Source: an uncultured Neomegalonema sp.
GTDB taxonomy: Bacteria > Pseudomonadota > Alphaproteobacteria > Rhodobacterales > Rhodobacteraceae
NCBI GenBank assembly: GCA_964588915.1
Contig: CAZPTD010000001.1
Span: 2,591-66,590 of the forward strand
Direction: 5' to 3'
DNA: 64,000 nucleotides
Shown: one piece after another, positions 36,181 through 44,800 of the stretch
How positions within the stretch are numbered: the stretch's first letter is position 1
Layout of the letters: each line of letters starts with the position of its first letter
Made by a program: the position numbers and the translations under genes
Notes under the pieces: model-generated
Databases searched by the model: none
The model's input: the letters and a program-made list of their open reading frames with translations, nothing else
Told to the model about the DNA's origin: nothing

Positions 36181-38179
36181 CGAGGACCGGCCCGCCCTCC
36201 CCGAGGGCTACTTCCTCTACCACTCGATCGGCATGTATCCGAACAAGGAGGCGGAGCTGTCCGCCGCGATGGCCGAGTTCGCCCGCGTCTACGCCAAGCC
36301 GGACGACAAGCAATGGGGCTACATCCTCCGCAAGCGGCAGGATTTTCTCGACTATTGGCGGCATATTCTCGGCGCGCCGAAGGGCTCGCTCACCGCTTGC
36401 GACAGCGTCACCCAGGGCGCGCACTCGGTCGTCACCGGCCTGCCCGAGCGGTTTCTCAAGGGCAGACGCGTGCTCGTCGCCGCCGACTGTTTTCCTTCAG
36501 TCCACTTTCTCCTGGCGGGCCTGGCGCCGCGGCTCGGCTTCACGCTCGACACCGTGCCGAAGCGCGAAGGCGCGACCTGGGTCGAGGACGAGGATTTCCT
36601 CGCCGCCTGGGGCGCGGATGTCGGCCTGGCGCTCGTCACCTGGGTCACCTCGACCGCGTCCCACCGCTCCGACCTCGAGGCGCTCGTCGCCCATGGCCGC
36701 GCGATGGGCTCGATGATCGGCGTCGACATCACCCAGGCCGCCGGCCTCCTGCCCTTCGACGTCATGGCGCCGCGGATCGACTTCGCGGTCTCGACCAGCC
36801 TCAAATGGATGTGCGGCACGCCGGGCGCCGGCGTCCTCTATGTCGACAAGCCGCTCATCTCCGAGTTCGAGCCGGAGCTCCGCGGCTGGTTCTCGCAGAA
36901 CAATCCGTTCTCCTGGGCGCTCGACCGGTTCGCCTACGCGCCGGACATCCGCCGTTTCGACAGCGGCACGCCCGCCTCCGTCGCCGCGATCGCCTCGCTG
37001 CCGGCGCTCAGATGGCACGCAGGCCAGGACCGCGACGCGATGGTCCGCCACAACCGCGCGCTCGTCGACCGGATCATCGATCACGCGGACGCGCTCGGCC
37101 TGCCGCTGCAAAGCCCGCGCGCGGCGGAGAAGCGCGGCGGCTCGATGATGCTGCGGATGCCGAGCAAGGCCGAGGCCGGCGCCGTGGTCGGCGCGCTCGG
37201 GATCGAAGGGATTTCCGTCGATTTTCGCGACAGCCTGATGCGGCTCTCGCCGGGCGTGCTCAGCCGGGCGGAGCTGGTCGACAAGGCTTTCGACATCGCT
37301 CGGAGCGTGATGGCGCGCCGCGGCTATCGTTTCGCCGGAAGGCGGCCGAAAGACGCATCGGCGCCGAAGGGCGTCGATGCGGCTCGGGTCCTCGCCGATC
37401 TCGCCCTCGATCTCGCGCGCGGCCGCGTAAGGATCGTCGACTGCACGGCGCCGCTCGGGCCGGAGACGCCGATCCTGCGCCTGCCGAAGGGCTTCGCCAA
37501 GGACACGCCGAAGGTCGCTTTCCGCACGGGCGCCGACGCCGCCGACGGCGCGCTCTTCGCCTGGCGCGAGCTCGTGCTCGGCGAGCATGCCGGCACCCAT
37601 TTCGACGCGCCGCGTCACTGGCTCTCGGGCAAGGACTTTCCGGACGGCTATGCGGACACGCTCGACGTCCAGCGCCTCGTCGCGCCGGCCAACGTGATCG
37701 ACTGCTCGGCCGACTGCGCCGCCGATCCCGACTTCCTGCTCACCGTCGATCGGGTGAAGGCGTGGGAAGCCGAGCATGGCGAGATCGGCCCGGGCGAATG
37801 GGTGCTGATGCGCTCGGACTGGGACAAGCGCTCACATGACGAGGAGCTCTTTCTCAACGACGATCCCGACCCGATGGAGGACGGCTCGCACAGCCCGGGC
37901 CCGACGGCCGAGTGCGTCGACTATCTGATCTCCAAAGGAATCGTCGGCTGGGGCAGCCAATGCGTCGGCACCGACGCGGGCATGGCCGGCAAGTTCAGCC
38001 CGCCCTATCCGGCGCACAACCATATCCACCGGGACAACTGCTTCGGGCTCGCCAGCCTCGCCAATCTCGATCGGCTGCCGCCGAAGGGCGCGATCCTCAT
38101 CGCCGCGCCGCTCAAGATCGAGCGCGGCACCGGCAGCCCGATCCGCGCCCTGGCGCTCGTGCCGGGCGATGCGGACTGA
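36167..38179 (+). CDS. Two-domain fusion: N-terminal kynureninase-like class-V PLP enzyme plus C-terminal cyclase/kynurenine-formamidase-like hydrolase
   Basis: 670 aa.
- N-terminal domain: DITQAAG...DFAVSTSLKWMCGTPGAG (PLP-Lys context), RGWFSQ, KRGGSMML and MRLSPG parallel the kynureninase motifs as I remember them.
- C-terminal domain: an intact HAGTHFDAPRHW cyclase motif.
- Operon context: the start overlaps the LivM-like stop by 14 nt. Confidence 0.85.
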   Translation: MTIHSEDRPALPEGYFLYHSIGMYPNKEAELSAAMAEFARVYAKPDDKQWGYILRKRQDFLDYWRHILGAPKGSLTACDSVTQGAHSVVTGLPERFLKGRRVLVAADCFPSVHFLLAGLAPRLGFTLDTVPKREGATWVEDEDFLAAWGADVGLALVTWVTSTASHRSDLEALVAHGRAMGSMIGVDITQAAGLLPFDVMAPRIDFAVSTSLKWMCGTPGAGVLYVDKPLISEFEPELRGWFSQNNPFSWALDRFAYAPDIRRFDSGTPASVAAIASLPALRWHAGQDRDAMVRHNRALVDRIIDHADALGLPLQSPRAAEKRGGSMMLRMPSKAEAGAVVGALGIEGISVDFRDSLMRLSPGVLSRAELVDKAFDIARSVMARRGYRFAGRRPKDASAPKGVDAARVLADLALDLARGRVRIVDCTAPLGPETPILRLPKGFAKDTPKVAFRTGADAADGALFAWRELVLGEHAGTHFDAPRHWLSGKDFPDGYADTLDVQRLVAPANVIDCSADCAADPDFLLTVDRVKAWEAEHGEIGPGEWVLMRSDWDKRSHDEELFLNDDPDPMEDGSHSPGPTAECVDYLISKGIVGWGSQCVGTDAGMAGKFSPPYPAHNHIHRDNCFGLASLANLDRLPPKGAILIAAPLKIERGTGSPIRALALVPGDAD

Positions 38180-38338
38180 CGCCGCCGCGTTCTCGTCGGT
38201 CGTCCAAGCCTTCGAACCAGTCGAGCGCGAGCGCCGGTCCCGCCGTCAGGAGCGCCGCGATCGACGGAACGATCCGATGGCCGAGCCGAGCCGACGGCGG
38301 CGATTGTCTATTCGTCTCGGGTTCCGTAGGCAGGCGCG

Positions 38339-39712
38339 ATGACGGATCCGATCGACATGCGCCGGCTGCTCGCCGACGCGGCGGCGCGCGCCGCGGACTA
38401 TCTCGAGAGCCTGGACGCGCGGCCGGTCGCGCCTCGGCCGGCGGCGGTCGAGAGCCTGGCGCGGGCGCTCGACGAGAACCTGCCCGAGCGCGGGATCGCG
38501 CCGACCGACGTGCTCGAATTCGCGGACCGGCTCGGCTCGCCCGCCACGGTGGCGAGCGCCGGCGGACGGTATTTCGGCTTCGTCACCGGCGGCGCGCTGC
38601 CGGCGACGGCGGCGGTCAACGTCTTGGCCGGCGCCTGGGACCAGAACTGCTTCAGCTGGGTCAGCTCGCCGGCGATCGCGGCTTTCGAGGAAACCGCGCT
38701 GCGGTGGCTGAAGGAGGCGCTCGGACTCCCGGCGACCGCCGAAGGCGCCCTCGTCACCGGCGCGACGATGGCGAACCTCACCTGCCTGGCCGCCGCCCGC
38801 AACCGCGTGCTGCAGAGGGCCGGTTGGAACGTCGACAGCCAAGGGCTGTTCGGCGCGCCGGAGATCACGGTCGTCGTCGGCGAGGAGGCGCACGCGTCCC
38901 TCTTCAAGGCGTTGTCGATGCTGGGCATGGGGCGGGACCGCGTGCGCCGCGCGCCGTCGGACGATCAAGGGCGGATCATCGCGCGCGACCTGCCGCCGAT
39001 CGACGGCCCGACGATCGTCTGCATCCAGGCCGGCAACGTGAACTCCGGCGCCTTCGATCCGGCCGAGCCGCTGATCGACTGGGCGCATGGCGGCGGCGCG
39101 TGGGCGCATGTCGACGGCGCCTTCGGCCTCTGGGCGCGCGCCTCGCCGACGCGTTCGGCGCTGGCGAAAGGCTTCGAGGCGGCCGATTCTTGGGCGCTCG
39201 ACGCCCATAAATGGCTGAACACGCCCTATGATTCCGGCGTCGCCTTGGTCGCCGACGGAGCCGCCTTGGCCGAGGCGATGTCGGTCAGCGGCGCGTATCT
39301 CTTGGCGAGCGGCCGGCGCGACGCGATCAACCTGACGCCGGAAGCGTCGCGGCGCGCGCGGGCGATCGAGATCTGGGCGGCGCTCAAGTCGCTGGGACGT
39401 TCCGGGTTGTCGGCGCTCATCGACAGGAATTGCCGCCAGGCGCGCCGGCTCGCCGACGGTCTGCGTCACGCCGGCGTCGAGGTCTTGAACAACGTCGTTC
39501 TCAACCAGGTCGTCGTCGCGTTCGGAGACGAGCGCCGAACCGAACAGGTGATCGGCGCGATCCAAGCGGACGGCGAGTGCTGGTGCGGCGGCACCGTGTG
39601 GCGCGGTCGGGCGGCGATGCGGATCAGCGTGAGCTCGTGGGCGACGACGGACGAGGACGTCGAGCGCGCGTTGCGTTCTATCCTGAAGGCCCACGGGCGC
39701 GCGCTCGGCTGA
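38339..39712 (+). CDS. Group II pyridoxal-phosphate-dependent decarboxylase family protein
   Basis: 457 aa. Motifs: TGATMANLTCLAAAR, and the PLP-lysine motif SWALDAHKWLNTPYDSG. Confidence 0.85.
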   Translation: MTDPIDMRRLLADAAARAADYLESLDARPVAPRPAAVESLARALDENLPERGIAPTDVLEFADRLGSPATVASAGGRYFGFVTGGALPATAAVNVLAGAWDQNCFSWVSSPAIAAFEETALRWLKEALGLPATAEGALVTGATMANLTCLAAARNRVLQRAGWNVDSQGLFGAPEITVVVGEEAHASLFKALSMLGMGRDRVRRAPSDDQGRIIARDLPPIDGPTIVCIQAGNVNSGAFDPAEPLIDWAHGGGAWAHVDGAFGLWARASPTRSALAKGFEAADSWALDAHKWLNTPYDSGVALVADGAALAEAMSVSGAYLLASGRRDAINLTPEASRRARAIEIWAALKSLGRSGLSALIDRNCRQARRLADGLRHAGVEVLNNVVLNQVVVAFGDERRTEQVIGAIQADGECWCGGTVWRGRAAMRISVSSWATTDEDVERALRSILKAHGRALG

Positions 39713-39801
39713 TCCGGCGCCGGCATTCGCAAGGGTCGCGCTCTTCGAGGCATGCGGATCGGCCGCCGACGGCGGCGCGTCGTCAAATCAGGGAGGCCGT
39801 C

Positions 39802-40995
39802 ATGCAGAGGCCGCTCGAGGGCGTCCGGGTCCTCGACCTCACCAACGTCCTCGCCGGGCCGTTCTGCTGCCATCAGCTCGCGCATCTCGGCGCCGAGGTG
39901 ATCAAGGTCGAAGCGCCCGGCCGCGGCGATCTCGCGCGACAGCTCGGCGCGGACGCGGCGCTCAACGACGCCGGCATGGGCGTCTCGTTCCTGGCGCAGA
40001 ACGCCGGCAAGAAGTCGGTGACGCTCAATTTGAAACACGAGCGCGGCAAAGCTCTTCTGAAGCGCCTGGTCGAGACCGCCGACGTTCTGGTCGAGAATTT
40101 CCGGCCCGGCGTGATGGCGCGGCTCGGCCTCTCCTACGACGCGCTCGCGGCGGTCAATCCGCGCCTCGTCTACTGCGCGATCTCCGGCTTCGGCCAGGAC
40201 GGACCCTGGGTCCATCGCCCGGCCTACGACCAGATCATCCAGGGCGCCTCGGGCGTGATGTCGATCACCGGCGACGCCGAGAGCGCGCCGCTCCGCGTCG
40301 GCTATCCGATCGCCGACACGATCGGCGGCATGACCGCGGCCTTCGCGATCTCGGCGGCGCTGAACGCGAAGAAGCGCGGCGCCTTCATCGACGTCTCGAT
40401 GCTGGAGGCGGTGCTCGCGACCATGGGCTGGGTGATCTCGAACTATCTCATCGCCGGCGTGACGCCGACGCCGAACGGCAACGAGAACGTCACCTCGGCG
40501 CCGTCGGGCGCGTTCAAGGCCGGCGGCGGCCTCGTCAACATCGCCGCCAACAAGGACGAGCAATGGGCGCTCCTGGCGCGGCATATCGGTCGCGAGGACC
40601 TGCTCGCGCGGCCGGAATACGCGACGCGCGAGGATCGCAAGCGCAACCGCTTCGCGCTCAAGGCCGAGATCGAGACCGTGCTCGAGACGCGTCCGGCGCG
40701 CGACTGGGCGACGGAGCTCAACCGCATCGGCGTGCCCGCCGGCGCGGTGCTCGACGTTCCCGCGGCGCTCGCGGCGCCGCAGATCGCCGAGCGCGGCTTC
40801 CTCGCCACCTTCGAGGGCGCGCCCGGCGTCGGTCGCGACGTCGCCGTGGCCCGCACCGGCGTGAAGATCGACGGCGCGCCGCCGAGCGTGGAGACGCCGC
40901 CGCCGCTTCTCGGCCAGCATAATGACGAGATCTTCGGCGCGCTCGGGCTCTCGGCCGAGGAGATCGCCGCGCTCGCAAAGGAGGGCGCGATATGA
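39802..40995 (+). CDS. Family III CoA-transferase (CaiB/BaiF family)
   Basis: Last 397 codons of ORF 39430..40995. The ATG at 39802 follows GGGAGG. Motifs: GVRVLDLTNVLAGPFCCHQLAHLGAEVIKVE and ENFRPGVM. Confidence 0.9.
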   Translation: MQRPLEGVRVLDLTNVLAGPFCCHQLAHLGAEVIKVEAPGRGDLARQLGADAALNDAGMGVSFLAQNAGKKSVTLNLKHERGKALLKRLVETADVLVENFRPGVMARLGLSYDALAAVNPRLVYCAISGFGQDGPWVHRPAYDQIIQGASGVMSITGDAESAPLRVGYPIADTIGGMTAAFAISAALNAKKRGAFIDVSMLEAVLATMGWVISNYLIAGVTPTPNGNENVTSAPSGAFKAGGGLVNIAANKDEQWALLARHIGREDLLARPEYATREDRKRNRFALKAEIETVLETRPARDWATELNRIGVPAGAVLDVPAALAAPQIAERGFLATFEGAPGVGRDVAVARTGVKIDGAPPSVETPPPLLGQHNDEIFGALGLSAEEIAALAKEGAI

Positions 40996-41831
40996 GCGGT
41001 TCATCGAGCGACGTCTCGGATTGGTGGACGACGTCGATCATCGACATGGCGCCCGGCCAAATCCGCCTCCGCGGCCGGCCGATCGAAGAGCTGATCGGCG
41101 CCGTCAGCTTTCCGCAGATGATCTGGCTCCTTCTGCGCGGCGCGCTGCCGAGCGAGGGCGAGGCGCGTCTCCTGGAGGCGGCGCTCGTCGCGGCGGTCGA
41201 TCACGGGCCGCAGGCGCCTTCCATCGCCGCGGCGCGCATGGCCGTCACCTGCGGGCTCGGGCTGAACGGCGCGATGGCCTCGGCGGTCAACATGCTGGAC
41301 GACGTCCATGGCGGCGCCGGCGAGCAGGCGGTCGCGCTCTACGGCCGGATCGACGCGGCCGCGACGGGCGGCGAGGCGCTCGAGCGCGCGACCGAGCGGC
41401 TGATCGACGAGTGGACCACGGACCGGAGCGCCTTCGTTCCGGGCTTCGGCCATCGCTTCCACAAACCCGTGGATCCGCGCGCGCCGCGGCTCTTGGCGCT
41501 CGTCGACGACGCGGCCGCCTCCGGCGTCTGCGGCGGCCGCTTCGCCGCGATCGGCCGCGCGATCGAGGCCGCGCTCGCCGCGAAGAAAGGCAAGCCCGTG
41601 CCGATGAACATCGACGGCGCCACCGCGGTGATCTACGCCGAGCTCGGCTTCGCGCCGCCGCTGGCGCGCGGGCTCTTCTGCCTATCGCGGTCCGTCGGCG
41701 TCCTCGCCCACGCCTGGGAGCAGATGGGCCAGGGCGGCCGCAACAAAGGTCCGACGCCGCCGCGCTACCGCTGGACCTATGACGGGCCGAACCCGATCGA
41801 CGCCGATCGAAAGAACGACGACAAGCTGTAG
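40992..41831 (+). CDS. Citryl-CoA lyase-like protein (short citrate-synthase-fold family)
   Basis: 279 aa. ATGA overlap with the CoA-transferase stop. Citrate-synthase-like motifs VPGFGHRFHK and NIDGATAVIY. Confidence 0.8.
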   Translation: MSGSSSDVSDWWTTSIIDMAPGQIRLRGRPIEELIGAVSFPQMIWLLLRGALPSEGEARLLEAALVAAVDHGPQAPSIAAARMAVTCGLGLNGAMASAVNMLDDVHGGAGEQAVALYGRIDAAATGGEALERATERLIDEWTTDRSAFVPGFGHRFHKPVDPRAPRLLALVDDAAASGVCGGRFAAIGRAIEAALAAKKGKPVPMNIDGATAVIYAELGFAPPLARGLFCLSRSVGVLAHAWEQMGQGGRNKGPTPPRYRWTYDGPNPIDADRKNDDKL

Positions 41832-42354
41832 CCGCCCGAGACGGCGCGTCCTCGGGCCTGAGACGATCTCCAGCTCCAACGCCAAGTCGAGCGCGCCGCT
41901 TCGGAGCCGCCGCGCCGGACGACGCGAAAGAAATCACGCATCATCCGACACGCGTTGATCGAGACGACGCCGAGCGCCGCGCCGTTGGACGTTGTTGAGC
42001 AGCCGCCATTGACGCGAGACCGGCCGACCTGCAAGGCTCCGTCAACGGCCGCTAAGGGCCATGTCGAGCCTTGGCGCTCCTGGTTGCGACGGCTTGAGCG
42101 ATTTCCGAGCCGGATCTTCTCGCTCGTCAGCCCGACGCCGTTCGCGGCGACCCTTCGGGACATGCCGAAAGGCGGCGACGCTCTCAGGGCGCTGCGGCGG
42201 CTTTAGGCGTTGTGGTCTTCGATCTGATCAATTGAAATGAATTGCCGGATCGCGCCGTCAGCAGGCCGAGCGCGACAAGACGGCGCCGCCCCGTGCGGGC
42301 AGGTCGGCCGAGGGGCGCAGCCGGGCGCGATCACCGAGCAGAGGGAGGACAGGG

Positions 42355-43698
42355 ATGGGAAGCTGTGGACCGGGATACGCGTCGCCGTCCGAGGCGATGA
42401 GGGCGCCGCGTGAAGAGCTGCTCTATACGATCGCGATCTACACCGGCACGGGCGTTCAGAAGCCCGACTACCTCTGCACCATCGACGCTGATCCGAAGAG
42501 CGCGACCTATTCGCAAGTCATTCACCGGCTGGAGATGCCCGGCATCGGGGACGAGTTGCATCACATGGGCTGGAACGCCTGCTCGTCCTGCCACGACGAC
42601 GCCTCGATGAGCCGTCGCTATCTGATCGTGCCGGGCGTGCGCTCGTCGAACCTGCATATCGTCGACACGATCGATCCCCGAGCGCCGAAGCTTCACAAAG
42701 TCATCGAGGGGAGCGAGATCAAGGCGAAGACCAACCTGTCCGCCCCCCATACGGTGCATTGCCTGGGCTCGGAGATCATCATCTCGATGCTCGGCGACGC
42801 CAAGGGCGAGGCGCCCGGCGGCTATCTCCATCTCGACAAGGACTTCAACATCATCGGCCGCTGGGAGTCCTCGATGGGCGACATCCCCTTCGGCTACGAT
42901 TTCTGGTACCAGCCCCGCCATAACGTGATGGCCTCGAGCGAATGGGCGGCGCCGAACACGTTCATGCCGGGCTTCGACCTCGAGGAGGTCGGGCACCTGA
43001 AATACGGCCGCCGCATCCATCTCTGGGACTTCGAGAAAAAGGAGCCGAAGCAGACCTTCTACCTCGGCGAGGACGGGCTCATTCCGCTCGAAGTCCGCTT
43101 CCATCACGACCCGGATTCGACCCATGGCTTCTGCGGCGCCGCGCTCTCCGCCAATATCATTCACTGGTGGAAGGACGGCGACGAATGGAGATGGGAAAAG
43201 ATCATCGATGTCGAGAACGAGCCGCATCCGGATTGGCCGATCCCGGTGCCGGGCGTGATCTCGGTCATCCTCCTCAGCATGGACGACCGGTTCCTCTATC
43301 TCTGCAATTGGCTGCACGGCGATATCCGCCAGTACAACATCGAGAATCCGCATAAGCCGGTCCTGACCGGCCAGGTCTGGATGGGCGGACTTCTGGGCCG
43401 TGCGCCCGAGGTCAACGGCGTCCGGGTCACCGGCGGCCCGCAGATGATCCAGCTCAGCCTCGACGGCCAGCGGCTCTACGTCACGACCAGCCTGTTCAGC
43501 ACCTGGGACAACCAGTTCTATCCGGAGATCCGCACCAATGGCGGGTGCATGCTGATGGTCAACTGCGACACCGAGACGGGCGGAATGGAGATCGATCCGG
43601 ACTTCGTCGTCGACTTCGGCAAAGAGCCGAACGGGCCGTCGCGCTGTCACGAGACCCGCTATCCCGGCGGCGACTGCACGAGCGACATTTGGCTATGA
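42355..43698 (+). CDS. Selenium-binding protein SBP56 family (methanethiol oxidase MtoX-like), no signal peptide
   Basis: 447 aa, unmistakably SBP56-like throughout (GPGYASPSEAM, ELHHMGWNACSSCH, YDFWYQPRHNVM, CHETRYPGGDC). GGGAGG RBS upstream. Confidence 0.92.
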   Translation: MGSCGPGYASPSEAMRAPREELLYTIAIYTGTGVQKPDYLCTIDADPKSATYSQVIHRLEMPGIGDELHHMGWNACSSCHDDASMSRRYLIVPGVRSSNLHIVDTIDPRAPKLHKVIEGSEIKAKTNLSAPHTVHCLGSEIIISMLGDAKGEAPGGYLHLDKDFNIIGRWESSMGDIPFGYDFWYQPRHNVMASSEWAAPNTFMPGFDLEEVGHLKYGRRIHLWDFEKKEPKQTFYLGEDGLIPLEVRFHHDPDSTHGFCGAALSANIIHWWKDGDEWRWEKIIDVENEPHPDWPIPVPGVISVILLSMDDRFLYLCNWLHGDIRQYNIENPHKPVLTGQVWMGGLLGRAPEVNGVRVTGGPQMIQLSLDGQRLYVTTSLFSTWDNQFYPEIRTNGGCMLMVNCDTETGGMEIDPDFVVDFGKEPNGPSRCHETRYPGGDCTSDIWL

Positions 43699-44060
43699 AG
43701 ACCCGCACCGTCACGCTCGCCAACCGCGACGGCGCCCGCTACGAGGTCGACGCTCGGCGCCCGTTGCTCGACACGCTGCGCGAGCAGGGCGTGGATCTTC
43801 CCTACGGTTGCAAGTACGGCGGCTGCATCACCTGCGCCGCGAAACTGAGATCGGGCGAGATCGACCAGCGCCGGCAGGTCGCGCTCAACAACCGGCAACT
43901 CGCGAAGGGCTACGTGATCCTCTGCGTCGCCCGGCCGCTGACGGACGTCACGCTGGAGATCGGCGTCGACAGCCATGACGAGCTCTATCGCAACCCGTTT
44001 CTCGATCCGTTGGAGCCGCACGAGTTGAAGCCCGACATCGCGACATCGAGGGAGTCATAA
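43695..44060 (+). CDS. Plant-type [2Fe-2S] ferredoxin
   Basis: Last 121 codons of ORF 43545..44060. The ATG overlaps the SBP56 stop (ATGA). Cys pattern C-x4-C-x2-C-x29-C (GCKYGGCITC ... ILCVARP). Confidence 0.88.
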   Translation: MKTRTVTLANRDGARYEVDARRPLLDTLREQGVDLPYGCKYGGCITCAAKLRSGEIDQRRQVALNNRQLAKGYVILCVARPLTDVTLEIGVDSHDELYRNPFLDPLEPHELKPDIATSRES

Positions 44061-44063
44061 GGC

Positions 44064-44528
44064 ATGCCCGAAGCCGATATCGACCGCATCTACGACTACC
44101 CGCCCGGCTATCTCGCCGAGATCCTGCGGGAAACCCGGACCATCGCAATGGTCGGAGCGAGCGCGGACCGGACCAAGTTCAGCTACGGCGTGCTGCGAGT
44201 GCTGCACGAGACCGGCTACGAGATGCTGCCGGTGAACCCGAACCCCGAGGTGAAGGAGATCCGCGGCGTCAAGGTCTATCGTTCGCTCAAAGAGATCGAC
44301 CGCCCCGTCGACATGGTCGAGGTGTTCCGCCCCAAGGAGGAACTCTACGCCGTCGCCGAGCAGGCCATCGAGATCGGCGCCAAGGTGCTGTGGGGGCAGA
44401 TCGGCGTCTATGACGACGCAGCCGCAAAGTTGGCCGAGGGCGCGGGGCTCAAGGTCGTCATGAACCGCTGTCCCAAGATCGAGCTGTTCCGGCCGTTTTG
44501 GAAACCGAGGCTGGACCTCCCGATCTGA
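44064..44528 (+). CDS. CoA-binding-domain protein (YccU-like)
   Basis: 154 aa. Starts 3 nt after the ferredoxin stop. IAMVGASADRTKFSYGVLRVLHETGYEMLPVNPN is typical of the CoA-binding fold. Confidence 0.85.
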   Translation: MPEADIDRIYDYPPGYLAEILRETRTIAMVGASADRTKFSYGVLRVLHETGYEMLPVNPNPEVKEIRGVKVYRSLKEIDRPVDMVEVFRPKEELYAVAEQAIEIGAKVLWGQIGVYDDAAAKLAEGAGLKVVMNRCPKIELFRPFWKPRLDLPI

Positions 44529-44800
44529 GAGCTTGTCGGTCGCCGGCGGCCTGGCGCGCCGGCCGGACGACGCTTCGCGGCGCTCTGGCGCTGCCGGGCC
44601 TCGTTCCGTCGTTTCCGTTCACGATTTGGGGCTTCAGGATCTCTATCCAGGGTGTCCGGGTCGGGAACGCTGTTCGTGACCTGCATCCCCTTGCGGATCG
44701 ATCGCGGGCGTTCGGCGCAACACGACGTGTCGCGACTCCCGACAAATCAGTGGAAGAACCGCGGAATGAGCCGCGCCGTCTCTGAAGGAGGGAATTGCAC

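Noticed and set aside
41832-42354. A 520-nt gap with weak ORFs (41777..42163 minus, 41955..42206 plus), considered as a possible insertion-sequence or gene relic.
   Set aside because: Translations in all three minus-strand frames that I read show no transposase, integrase or other recognisable motifs. No terminal inverted repeats were seen. The region is left unannotated.
44529-44800. Possible riboswitch in the 272-nt leader upstream of the DmdA/GcvT-like gene. Glycine, SAM-II, THF and ZTP motifs were considered.
   Set aside because: I could not find the conserved cores of any of these classes by eye. Only a generic GC hairpin (44542-44563) is present just after the upstream gene. A covariance-model scan (Rfam/Infernal) would be the decisive test.
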